DNA of 64,000 nucleotides from Chrysomallon squamiferum. Taxonomy: Eukaryota; Animalia; Mollusca. The translations under genes were made by a program, and so were the position numbers. The notes beneath the pieces were generated by a model that was not told where the DNA came from, made no database searches, and saw nothing but the letters and a program-made list of their open reading frames with translations. Each line of letters starts with the position of its first letter. Positions within the stretch are counted from its first letter, which is position 1. Location: the NCBI GenBank assembly GCA_012295275.1, contig CM022668.1, forward strand, positions 682,001 to 746,000. Reading direction: 5' to 3'. Shown here in pieces: positions 1 to 12,929 of the stretch.

Positions 1-371
1 AAACTGCTTGTGTTCTAACATGTAAATGATTGAATAACAGCACTGAGATAAAAGATGATCTGAACAGAGGCAGGAAAGAAAGTTGACCTAAGTTCATACA
101 TTACAGTGGTGATCATTTGTCCAGATAAATTGTGTCATTCATGTCAATTACTGCTGTCAGCAGTGCCACACAAAAATTTGGAAAGCATATTTTGGTTCTT
201 TAATTTCATTTTCCTATCTGCCAGTAATTCATTTATGGCCTCTGCAGGACTTGGTGGCAGCCATTTTGAATTTATACAAATTTTGTACTTGCAGTTGAAA
301 CACTTCCGTCAACACATTTTTAAAATATCAGAGTAGATATAATTTAAAAATATTTACTTTTTAAATTTCAG

Positions 372-1248
372 GAGGTTTCAAGAGGGTTAAAACATTTTGT
401 ACTAAAAAAGATAAGAAGGATAAAGGTAAGGAAATAAGTGGAAACTAAAGATGCTGTATTTATGTATATATTGATATTACCATATTATACATTTATATAT
501 ATGAACTGGTGTGGCTCTGTGTGTAAGTCAGTGTTTGACATCAAACATTTTGAGCATATCCCAGTTGGATACAAACATTTCAGAATCATATATCTGACTG
601 TAAGGTATGATTACATGGCTGATGTTCAAAGGTCAAGCAAACCAATTTTTAGTTTTTTAAGTTTAAATATGGCCGAATTAGTTGAAAACATTTTATAATG
701 GTTACTTTGCCTTTCTGTGTCTTTGTCAACTTAATCAGTAGGCCTAAGGAACACGTAGACTGTTTCACATCATTACTGGAATACCAGTTCATTCAGACTA
801 ATATAACATTTGCGGTTTCAGTTAGGCGGTTGTGATCAAATTGTTATTACCCATCAAATATTGGTTACAAGCTAAAACATACTGTTACTTGACTTTGCCT
901 GCAAATAATATCTATCATTGCTTCAGCAAAAAGTAAAAATTCAGATATTATAACATATCCAGCTGGCATACTGATATTTTGATCTCTGGCACCCAAAAAT
1001 AAAATCTCGGATACTGGGTAAACATTTCTCAAACACTTTACATGCATTAATTAAGACTGCTATTTATTTGTTGATGTATGTGTTTGATGGATACAGGCTG
1101 TTACGTGACCAAGGTTATTAGTTTACCTAAAGAGTGTTGTAATTACAAGTAAAACAAAACTAGATTATCATCAGTGTGCTTGAGGTTTTGTGTGGTTATT
1201 TGATCTATATATATATATATATGTGGTGTGTATGTATGAATACATTCA

Positions 1249-1279
<31 letters not shown>

Positions 1280-2067
1280 CATACATACATACATACATAC
1301 ATACATACATACATACATACATACATACATACATTGTTGTTTATACATACATACAGTATACATACAGTTTCATACATAGGTTGTGTTTTTGTTTATTGTT
1401 TCTATATATTGTGTTTACATACATACATTGTGTTTTTTTGTTGTTTTCTAGTATAGGTTTTTGTTTTTGTTGTTGTTTCTAGTATAATACAGTTGTTGTT
1501 TCTGTAACTTGGGATAAGTTTTTGTTGTTGTTTTTTTTTGTTGTTGTTTCTAGTATAGGTTGTGTTTATAACGTGGAATAATGGGTTTTTTTTTGTGTTT
1601 TTGTTGTTGTTTCTAGTATAGGTTGTGTTTTTGTTGTTGTTTCTATGCATGGTTGAAAGATTTGACCCATTGTTTTTTATGCAGGGTGAAAAGATTAGGA
1701 CTCATTAATTTCTTTACCAAGCAGGATATTCTTTGTATTATTTAAAATAAAATAAAATTTATAAATATCTGAAAATATAGTGTTCCCATAAAAATTCTAA
1801 AATATATGGTTTTTAAATAAAAGTATTCTAAAGTTTTGTTAATTTGTAGGATATTGAGAAAATGTGGAGGTTATTTTTCTTTTCTTCTCATTTAAGAGGA
1901 AAATATAATTAACAACTCTTCTGATTTTGCTATTCAGGTAAGACGAAGGTGATCAACATAGTGAACAATGGAGGAACTCAGTATGTTCAAACTGAAAAGA
2001 ACCAAAAACTGATATATAAGGTATTAGAGCAATTTGTTCTTTCTTCTTTCTTTTCATTTTCTTTTTC

Positions 2068-2098
<31 letters not shown>

Positions 2099-5000
2099 TT
2101 TTTTTTAATTTTTTAATTTTTTGTTCTCTTTTTTAAGTTTGCTTTGGATGGTTTGGTGATAATAAAAATGATTTAATGTTGATTATTAATATAAAATAAT
2201 AATAATGACCACTGTATAGATAACTAACAATGATAGTATATATACATATAATGATTTATACATAGAAACACAGAGATACTACAAGTACTATAATTCCCTT
2301 TTATTTTGTTTATATACATATTACATTTACTAACTTTATAACTGTTTCAAACTTCAGACTTGTGATGGTGACACTAAGGAGCAAACATTATCTGAGGTAT
2401 TTTAATTCATATTTTTCTGTTACTGATACTTTCCAGTTTACAAATTGTTAAATCATTTTTTGGCAAATAAACATTTACACACCAATACATACACACAGAG
2501 AGACACCTATATATCATTATCATAGTTAAAAATAAATTCAGTTCATACATACAGACTTATATTTTTATTTACTTAAATCACTTTAATTTATTTTTCAGCC
2601 TTTGTTGCCTGTTAATCATGATAAACAGACAAGCACAGTAAGTTTTCAAGTAAGAAAACTCAAAATAGTGTTACCAGATACTCAGAATATTGTTTATGAG
2701 TTACATTAAATACTGTTTATCACTTACTCAAAATGTTATTAATTAATCATTGAAATAGCACTGTCAGTTACTCAAAACAGATACTACCAGGTAATCAATA
2801 TACTGTTTATTAATTACTCAAAATACTATTTGTTAGATAATCAAAATACTATTATCAGATACTCAAAATACTGGTTATCAGTTATTCAAGTAATTATTTT
2901 TTATCAGATGTTCAAAATGCTGTTTATCATTACTCAAACCAAAATTTAGTCATTACTCAGAATATTATTTAATAGTAAATTACTGAGTTAATAAAAATAG
3001 TACTTTATCTACTACATGAAATATTAATCAAAATACCATTTTCCTACAGGTACTGCTATTCATTATATTTCAGACTGTAAAAATAATGTTTCATATTAAT
3101 GAGCATTGAAGTAGTTTCTGAGCTATTACTCAAAATACCATGTTATGAGTTCACTCAGAACAGACATTACCATTTGCTCAAAACCAGTTTCATATTACAT
3201 TTCAAGAGCTGACTTTTTGTTTTTTTTAGAGTTGTATGTGACTCAGTTGTTAGAGATATCTGTAACTAAACTTAGTTGTCTGTGACTTAGTTGTTAGAGA
3301 TATCTGTAACTAAACTTAGTTGTCTGTGACTGTTGTTAGAGATATCTGTAACTAAACTTAGTTGTCTGTGACTGTTGTTAGAGATATCTGTAACTAAACT
3401 TAGTTGTCTGTGACTTAGTTGTTAGACATATCTGTAACTAAACTTAGTTGTCTGTGACTTAGTTGTTAGAGATATCTGTAACTAAACTTAGTTGTCTGTG
3501 ACTTAGTTGTTAGAGATATCTGTAACTAAACTTAGTTGTCTGTGACTTAGTTGTTAGAGATATCTGTAACTAAACTTAGTTGTCTGTGACTGTTGTTAGA
3601 GATATCTGTAACTAAACATAGTTGTCTGTGACTTAGTTGTTAGAGATATCTGTAACTAAACATAGTTGTCTGTGACTTAGTTGTTAGAGATATCTGTAAC
3701 TAAACATAGTTGTCTGTGACTTGGTTGTTAGAGATATCTGTGACTTAGTTCTTAGAGATATCTGTAACTAAACTTAGTTGTCTGTGACTGTTGTTAGAGA
3801 TATCTGTAACTAAACATAGTTGTCTGTGACTTAGTTGTTAGTGACTTGTTGTTAAAGATATCTGTAACTAAACTTAGTTGTCTATGACTTAGTTGTTAGA
3901 GATATCTGTAACTAAACTTAGTTGTCTCTGACTGTTGTTAGAGATATCTGTAACTAAACTTAGTTGTCTGTGACTGTTGTTAGAGATATCTGTAACTAAA
4001 CTTAGTTGTCTGTGACTTAGTTGTTAGAGATATCTGTAACTAAACTTAGTTGTCTGTGACTGTTGTTAGAGATATCTGTAACTAAACTTAGTTGTCTGTG
4101 ACTCAGTTGTTAGAGTTGTATATGATTCAGTTGTTAGAGTTGTATGTGACTCAGTTGTTAGAGTTGTATGTGACTCAGTTGTTAGAGTTGTGATGTGACT
4201 CAGTTGTTAGAGTTGTATGTGACTCAGTTGTTAGAGTTGTGTGATGACTCAGTTGTTAGAGCTGTATATGACTCAGTTGTTAGAGTTGTATATGACTCAG
4301 TTGTTAGAGTTGTTTGACTCTGTTGTTAGAGTGTATGTGACTCATTTGTTAGAGTTGTATATGACTCAGTTGTTAGAGTTGTTTGACTCTGTTGTTAGAG
4401 TTGTGTGTTACTCATTTGTTAGAGTGTATGTGACTCAGTTGTTAGAGTTGTATGTGACTCAATTGTTAGAGTTGTATGTGACTCAACTGTTAGAGTTGTA
4501 TATGACTCAGTTGTTAGAGTTGTTTGACTCTGTTGTTATAGTGTATGTGACTCATTTGTTAGAGTTGTATGTGACTCAGTTTTTAACATTGTACAAAACA
4601 TGGGCAGTCTGACTGAAGTCAAATTACAGTACTGATGATTACTACCAATATCCAACATGTAAAGAAAATACTGCACTTTGAGGATCATAGTATAACAATA
4701 AATTTATAGCATAGCATTAAGTTTGTGGTACACATCAGTTGTTACATTCTGACTACAAATACTAACAAAGAGGCATAACCAATTAACAGTCAAGAAAGAC
4801 ATGTTCTGCTTTCTAAAGTTAATTTTAGGACGATTTATCCGTATTTTCTACCTATTACCAGTATGCATACTTATATACACATAGATAACATTTCTAAAAA
4901 CACACGTCTTGGGATAGACATACATATAAATAGACATGGAAACACACAGATACTACAGATACTACAGCTCACTTTTTTTTTTACCTATATGTTTACTGAT

Positions 5001-5141
5001 ATATTTACTAACTTTATAACTGTTTTAAACTTCTGACTTGTGATGGCGACACTAATGAGCAAACATTATTAAAGGTATTTTAACTTATATTTTATTGTAC
5101 CTGATACTTTCCAGTTTACAAATTGTTAAATAGTGTTTGTA

Positions 5142-5178
<37 letters not shown>

Positions 5179-5369
5179 GTATATCATCATAAATAAAAAA
5201 TAAAATCAGTTAATACATACAGAGAGAGAGAGAGAACGCTAACAAATACACATACATACACATTAAATAATTAGATTGTTAAATTTTGATTAGTGTCTGC
5301 TACATGATGGTAATTAAGTTATTTCTATTTCAGGTTCCTACATTTGGAGGAAATATATTTATAACTTGA
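372..5369 (+). CDS. TNFR-superfamily receptor paralog, copy 1: 3' (cytoplasmic) exons only; 5' part lies upstream of the window
   Basis: AG/GT-bounded, phase-compatible exons homologous to copy 2: 372-425 (GGFKRVKTFCTKKDKKDK), 1938-2020 (GKTKVINIVNNGGTQYVQTEKNQKLIYK), 2358-2396 (TCDGDTKEQTLSE), 2599-2637 (PLLPVNHDKQTST), 5334-5369 (VPTFGGNIFIT*). The stop codon is at the same position as in copy 2. Confidence 0.75.
1250..1334. repeat. (TACA)n microsatellite
   Basis: Direct perfect tetranucleotide run; it produces the MYVC/HTYI artefact ORFs. Confidence 0.95.
3228..4585. repeat. Intronic minisatellite: 42-44 bp unit (3240-4100) switching to a 24 bp unit GTTAGAGTTGTATGTGACTCAGTT (4100-4585)
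   Basis: Units read directly from the sequence. It lies in the last large intron of TNFR copy 1. Confidence 0.95.
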
Positions 5370-5539
5370 GTCTTTGACTGCAGGATTACATGTTTTACAG
5401 TGAAATAAAAAAAATATATATTATTTACTGTAAATATACTATATATATGTCATTTAAAATTCCTGATAAAGCAGGAAGTTCTCACACACGTTTGTCTCGT
5501 ATAAATTTCCTCATCAGATTCGTTGTGTTTTTTGTTTAC

Positions 5540-6705
5540 AAATTCTTTACTGTAAATATATATACTTGATGAGGAAATTGTCAAAGTCCGATGAAACGTA
5601 ACCAAGCGGAAAATTATTAATGTCTGAAGATAAGTCATCAAATGGAATATTGTCAGATTGGATCTTGTGGAATGGAAAGTCATCAATGTCTGAAGAGAAG
5701 TTGTACCTTCACTCATTCAGTATCTGACAAAACATCAACCAAAGTCATTTGTTCTTTCTTATGATGTGTTGTTGGCTGTTCAGTGGATTAGATCTTGAGT
5801 TAACTTCCGCATCTGAAATCCAAATTGTTTATTATTTTGTTTGATTATATTTCTAACTTACAGAGTGTTGATAGTGTCAAGGTCTCCCAGTTACAACATA
5901 CATGCACTCAAACACACACACACACGCACACACACACACACACACACATACACATCAAATTATTTGTTTTTGTTTATTAGCATTCAGATCAACGACAATT
6001 AAATGATTTAAAATTACTCATAAACTGAATGAAACTGTCAGTATCATGTAATTGTACAATACTTTAAAGTTTCAAACAAACTTGGAAAATAATTTTCACA
6101 TCAGACATAAGGGGACATAAATCTGTAAGGTGTAAACATCAGTTACATTTGTTATCAGATCTAGTAATGTGTATTAATATAAAACTTTGTTATAAAGTCC
6201 TTGTGCAATTTAATTTTTTCATAACTTCTGATCTATGCATGGAATTAATCTGTTGAAAGGTTAAGAGAAAAATGATGATATTTTTAATTTCAACATGACC
6301 TCTGCGTTATGGGTACAAATCATAAAATTCAAGCTGTTTGTGCTGACCCCTTCCATCTCGAGTTATAGAAATTTGAAACACACACACACACACACACACA
6401 TACACACATAAAAAAGAAATGAGTAAAACACCGGATCCTGTAAGTAATTAAGTATCAGTTTTACTTACTTTGTATGCTTTGATATATATTTATGTTTGAT
6501 AATAATATGACGGTAAACCGTTTTTCATCTTACATAGTAGGGCTCATAACCTACCTCCTAACAGTATATATTCCTAACAGTATGTATTAATTAAATATGT
6601 ATTGTTTGTTAGTTAATAAAGTTTTCAAAGCGATAGTTAGATTATGTTGTTTTCTGTATTTGTTTAAGTTAGAAAATTGGCCCTACTTGTAGAATATACT
6701 TATTC

Positions 6706-6749
<44 letters not shown>

Positions 6750-8838
6750 AAATAATTATATTATTGTGCTATTAAGGTATACAGTTTATGAAAATGTCCG
6801 TAACATACTGATTATTTACCTATAAACCTTACTTTCATACGGTATAACATCTCGGAATTAATAGTTTCCTGGAACCGCCGCTATTCATATTCCTCAAAAA
6901 TGAATTGTTGGAATTCTTCCAAGCAGCCTTTTTACCACTGCCTCTTTCTTTTTGAATGTGCTATAAAAATAAAAACAACAACAACAACAATAACAATAAC
7001 AACAACAACAACAGTAACTTAATAAAAAGAGTTACTCTAAAATCTACTTACTGTTTTGTTTTTTTATATTCTTAATATTAAAATATTCTGCTACCGCTAA
7101 TCTATCATTCATTCAATCATCCTTTCATACTACTGCTATTACTGCTGGTGGTAATACTATGGCTTTCACTACTATAACTACTGCTGCTATTACTACTACT
7201 ACTACTAGTTCTACAGCTACTATATTGCTACTACCAGAAGAACTACAACTACTAATAATAATTTTCATCAACGACAATGGCACACCCGTTCCCCTTTTCA
7301 AAATCTTCGATCTGACTGGATACCTTCTTTTTTACATATTTTGAGTTTCTGTCGCAAGCAGCGAAACACTCGGCTATGGTGTCGTCTATGGTGAAGTTTT
7401 GTACCAGTGCATCAATGTCCGATATCATCGCACACGTCAGCGGTTTCTGGTCAGAATGTCGTTGTCGCAGAGCCTGAATTGCAAGCATATCTAAAAGAAA
7501 GAAAGAATGAATAAATTGGTAACTGGTAATAAAGGAATGATTAGATGAATAAAAGAATGAAAGCTAGATGAATAAAACAGCAAATTAATAAATGAGCGAA
7601 AGAAAAATATAAATGAGAAAAACAGTGAATTTATAAGTTTAAATGAATACTTGAGAAAATGAACAAAGGGATGAATAAATTTAGTTATCAACACATCAGT
7701 TCTATTCAGTATTCACTGTGAGTGTAGACAGCAAACTCGCTCGAAACACAACCACTCGAGATCAAAAGAAGAAAGGAGAAAAAGTATTCGACAAAAGTGT
7801 CCAGAAGCATTGGTTGTAATAAACTAAAATACACTGAAATAAAATAATGTTTGTTAGAGGATTTAGTTTCGACCTTTATTTATTTCAAATTATTAGTACT
7901 GCTGTTACTACAACTATTACTACTACTACTACTCTATTATTTCTGCTACTACTCATATTCCTACTCCTACTGCTACTACTACTATTAATAATAACAATAA
8001 CAACAACGGCATCAGCAGCAACAATAATAACAACAAGAGTAAAACTGGAAACATATTAAAAAGAAGAAGAAAAAAAAAAACGAATTACAAAAAATAAATA
8101 AATGGAAAAATTATACTTACCTAGCAATGCTTCGGGATTCCTATTCTGTTTCAAAGTGGGACGTTCCATCTCTAGATGGTCCTTCTTTCTTTATCGTGTA
8201 TCTGTTAATATAATTCCAAATTACAATACATTTAATATCAGAAACAGCAACTGTAGGAAATAGAGTACTGGCGGTACTGTGGTGGTAATACAAGATATAG
8301 TTGTAATATTAGTTTGTCTGTAATAGCTATATAGCTCAGTAATACTGGTGACCGTAGTAGAAATAATAGTACTATTAGTAGTAATAGTAGTCGTCTTCTT
8401 CTTCTTTACACATGTAACTCTACACATTAAACAAACATAGACATGCTAAAATACGAAAAATATTGTGCAAACACAAATATACATTTAAAAAACTGCAGAG
8501 AATTAAATGGATATAGAGAGAAAAATAGGTACCCAGACAGACATATATAGAGTATATATTTTTATATTAAAAATACATACCTACATATATATATACACAC
8601 ATACATACAAGCATACATACACATCCACATACATTCACGCATACATGCATACAAACATACACACACATATACATACTTACATACATACATACATACAAAA
8701 GTTAAAGAAAACAAAGTAAAGTTAAATAACAATAATAACAACAACAACAACAACAACAATAATAACAATAATAATAACAATAACAACAACAATAATAATA
8801 CTAATAATAATAATAATAACAGTAATAATAATAATAAT

Positions 8839-8881
<43 letters not shown>

Positions 8882-9640
8882 TAGGTCGAGAATCCTTTAT
8901 CCGGAATGCTTGGGACCGATTGTGTTTCGGATTTTCGAATACAAGGAGATAGCATGAGAACAGAATCTACGTCTAACTATGAATTCTATTTAATTTTCAT
9001 ATACAGTTTATACAGATAGATGCAAGATTATTTAACTAATATTTTTAATAATTTTGTGCATAAAATGACGTTTGTATGTGCACAAAAGTCCGAAAACTGA
9101 CAGATATTATTATTTCATGTCATCGGAAAAGTTTCTGATTTCGAAATTCCGGATGAGGAATCTTCAACTCATAATAATAATAATAGTAAAGAATAAACAC
9201 AGTAATGAGTACAATATTAATAATGAAATATTTTGTGAGTGACGTACAACAAACGCGTCACACAGTTAAAACAGTGCTAAGTGAGAATGATCTTGTTCAC
9301 ATTTGATATACTTCACGACGACTTTTACCTAAGAAGTTAAATTTATTGTTGTTTCTGTCCAAGAGGTTTTGTCGTCCGCATCTGCAGTGCGAGCGAATGG
9401 TTCCGTGCCTTCGAGTTTCGTCGTCACTGGACTTTGCTCTCCCGAATATTGTTTATCTCCAGTACATACGGCAACAGGATATTTATTCCTAAATGCATAA
9501 ATATAAACACACACATACATCCATACTATAAGTATAAATCTCTAACAATTAACAAGAATCAAGTTAAATGGAATGTCATGAACGTACCTGGATTTTGAAA
9601 ACTTGTTTTGTAAAATTTCTTAAATCTATTTTATGCCTTG
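5540..9640 (-). pseudogene. Decayed multi-exon gene of unknown family between the two TNFR copies
   Basis: Minus-strand AG/GT-bounded exon-like blocks at ~9588-9640, ~9328-9488, 8121-8201 (ATG at 8169, MERPTLKQNRNPEALL), 7324-7490 (DMLAIQALRQRH...SKYVKKK, phase-compatible with the previous exon), 6833-6960 (128 nt, needs a frameshift and has stops) and ~5550-5812 (SDIDDFP-like repeats). TATA-like TTTATAAA near 9670. Confidence 0.5.
8882..9170. mobile_element. Tigger/pogo-like MITE remnant
   Basis: Imperfect terminal inverted repeats (AGGTCGAGAATCCTTTATCCGGAA ... TTCCGGATGAGGAATCTTCAACT). They resemble, from recall, CAGGTTGAGYATCCCT-type Tigger ends. A similar end, CAGGTTGAGCATCC, occurs near 50079. 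Confidence 0.55.
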
Positions 9641-10088
9641 GGAAGAGACGACAGAACTATAAATTATGTTTATAAAGAGCACGCGCTGTCAAGTTTCCTA
9701 GACGACGGTAATCTATCTAACTGGGTATATGCTGATATTCGATACCATCGAGTCGTAAATAAATTGATTTTCAATCTGCAGGCTGGTGTGTCATGCAAGT
9801 GTGGATGAGTAAAATTACCAATATGATAGACAGGATAAACAAAGTGACTAGAATGTCATTCTTCTGTGGTTAATATGCTGCGATGATCTGCTTAAAATGC
9901 ATTTCTCTCCCCAAGAGGAATTTTTAAAACGCTGCATACGCCTTTCCGCCAAAACTGAGAAACCTTAATAAGACTGTTCCGTTTTGTAGTCAAACGAGTC
10001 ATTACACCACGTACTAACTTAATCCAAAACGAATGTATGTGTGTATGTATGTATGGGTCTGTGCATGCATATATATACTGTAGTACGC

Positions 10089-10140
<52 letters not shown>

Positions 10141-10442
10141 TATTGCTTCAAGTGGCCTGTAACCTATTTTAGACAGAATGTTATATAGTATATCGCCAAT
10201 CACACCAGCAGTTTTACTTTTAACGTTGACTCTAAGTTGAGATGTCCTAAAACATGAGAAAAAAAACCTGAGAACCACAAAAGGGAATAAAAGAAGCGGC
10301 GCGGTAAAATTGCAGCGCACAGAAAAACTTAATGTGTTAATGCTTCCCCCCACCCACCACGTTGAACCAGATGCTATAGCACTCTGTTATCTGGACATCA
10401 GTAAACCTGCACAGGAAAACCGCACTGGAACAAACATCCACA

Positions 10443-10514
<72 letters not shown>

Positions 10515-11780
10515 AATTAATTAATTAATTAATTAATTAATTAATTAAACCACTGAAAAGAAGTGTTGCTCTCAAATATTTTCTTTATTGTTTTATCTTT
10601 TTATTTTAGGCTCTGTTGATTGATATTATGCTAATGAAACCAATAATGATAATATCAGTTGTTGATAACATCATGCAGTTGCTAATTACGTCCTAATCGA
10701 CTAGTATATAAAACTACAATTCTAAGTTCAGTCTCTAGTGTCACATACTAAATATGTTCTGATATATTACACATATACACTTCGATTCAGTCTTTATGAC
10801 TAATCACTGCATCTGGTCCTGTCTTTATATTTGTAACCATCTTTCATTTTATCACTGTGTGTTTTTATATAACACATTCCCCTGTCAAGTATTCTCACAT
10901 CAAAAGTAACATTCCTGTAAGGAAACATTACCAGTTTAAATTACATATCTATAATTTCGGTTTTAAAACAATATAATATCAGTCACACAAAATAACATCG
11001 CAGAAACTTACGTACCAAAACTGCAAAGCCAACGCAGTGAATAAAACGGACTTAAAAACGTTACTTTCGTGTCATGAAAATGATAAAAACATGTCGGCTA
11101 AAAAATATCTTTTGACAAATAAAAAATTCGACCTAGTTTTAGCTGTATGCGAGACCTGGCCATTGTGTTTGTATTTCATGCATCAGTCGCCACAAACAGA
11201 TTTTCTGTCGTGTAGAACTGACGTCAGGGAAGGTGGACACGCAGGGTTTTACTGTATAACTTGTGTCTGCTTCTTAATTTATTAACTGTATTCTTTAATT
11301 CAGAACCAACCAGCAATGTGGGGTTTTTTTTGTTGTTGTTGTTGTTTGTTTATTTTTACTTTTATATATATATATTTGTAAATATATTTTGTTGTTGTTG
11401 TTGTTTGTTGTTTGTTGTTGTTGTTGTTTTTCACATCTGACTGCTCGATACATTGAAAGATATTATTAATTGTGATTGACTGTAATTTGACTGATGATCA
11501 TCTTCAGTAACGTTACCTGATAGACAATGTATTGCTGGTATAATGATCAGTAAATCGGAATTAAAGTATATTGCAGCAAACAAATCTGTTACAAATTCGT
11601 AATACAAATTCACTTGGTCCTCTGCAGTTCTTGCTGGTTTCGGTAAAAATTAACCGCGGTACATTAGTATAAAATTAATTAATAATATATTCGTAATTGC
11701 TGGTTCGCAAATTGTTTGAAGTAAACTTTTACAAATACTGACGACGACCGCTATGACTTTTCATTGGTTGGTAATCATTA

Positions 11781-11791
11781 GGGGAATCCCC
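11781..11791 (+). promoter_or_regulatory. Palindromic NF-kB site GGGGAATCCCC in the putative promoter of TNFR copy 2
   Basis: Exact 11-bp kB consensus, 57 bp upstream of a CAG|GTATTT donor (11847/11848) that may end a short first exon. Confidence 0.65.
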
Positions 11792-12929
11792 ATCGTAAAA
11801 ACCAAAACACGAAAATACAAGAAATAACCTGAATTCCGAATGTGCAGGTATTTATTTATTGGTTTCTTTACTACTTATTATATTTTTTTATTATTATTAT
11901 TAATACAATTTTTTCCACTGTTAGCAAAATAAGAAGAAATAAATCATAATTTCATTGAGCGTTTTAAATAGTTTACATGAATGATAAATATAGCCAAAAC
12001 AAAGCCAAAAATATTTAATATTATTATTATTTATTTATTTTTTTTTTTTTAAATATATTTATTATTATTACTAATGCAGGTTCATTTTCATTTTGAAATA
12101 TTTTTCTAATCAGACAAGATTCATATTTTAAACAGGTTTATTATTTACTATTAATATATATGTAACTAAACAGTAGCTCTAGTATAAAACATGTACAGAC
12201 TACTCATTTATGATGAAATATATTTATAGCCTGTACAAATTTATATATATACAGATTTGTTTCTTATTTTATAAAATCTTCCTGTTTCTATAGTGATCAT
12301 TCTCCCATCACATTGAGTGTGTGTTTACAGCAATTAACAAAGAAATCTCTGCATGATGAACTGGAAGGACAACATACTTATTTTAACAAAATAATCCTTT
12401 CTGTCAAAAATAATTGCTAAAATACCAATATAATTAAATATGATTCTTAAAATTGATCATGACATAATATTTATTGTTATTTTCTTGTAGAAAAAACTGA
12501 CTGAAGAACTTATTCTTGTTCGCTTCTTCCAGAAAGCTGTCATCTGACAACACAGAACAGAAAGATTTAATTTGTCAGATTTAACTATGACAGTTGTACA
12601 TGTACAAAATAATATTTGTACATGTAAAAAGTGGCAACTGTATGTGTAAAAAGTGACAACAGTATGTTTAAAAAGTGACCACAGTAATGAGTACTAATAA
12701 AAAGAGTTCTTATAAATTCCTTCTCCACTTTAATTTTTTCATAACTTCTGATCTATGCATGATATAATTAATCTGTTAAAAGTATAAGAGAAAAATGCTG
12801 AGCTTTCTAATTTTCAACACGACCACTGCATTATGGGTACAAATCATAAAATTCAAGCTGTTTTTGTATGTTAAAATTAGTGTACATGTAAAAAGTTACA
12901 ACTGACTGTGTAAAAAGTGACAACTATAC

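Larger units (their letters stand above)
1..6490. repeat. Tandem segmental duplication, copy 1 (homologous to ~17259-24430)
   Basis: Base 1 aligns to 17259; ORFs 106-336 and 17364-17594 are nearly identical. Collinear homology continues through the exons, the satellite, the 3' region and 6090-6490 vs 23820-24430. Confidence 0.95.

Noticed and set aside
106-336. 76-aa ORF present twice (also 17364-17594)
   Set aside because: It is conserved only because it lies in a near-identical duplicated intron; it starts at GTG and has no domain signal.
1143-1650. ORFs made of MYVC, HTYI, poly-I, poly-L, poly-Y, ER or HT runs here and throughout the window
   Set aside because: Microsatellite translations.
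3240-4100. Regular repeat array superficially like a CRISPR
   Set aside because: Units are directly adjacent with no unique spacers, there are no cas genes, and the context is eukaryotic.
7252-7488. Helical ORF as a possible death-fold adaptor for the TNFR
   Set aside because: No recognisable death-domain signature by eye; left as an unknown decayed gene pending a profile search.
11840-11847. ATG at 11840 as the TNFR start codon
   Set aside because: It leaves a phase-2 donor that does not match the phase-0 acceptor at 12953; the true start remains unresolved.
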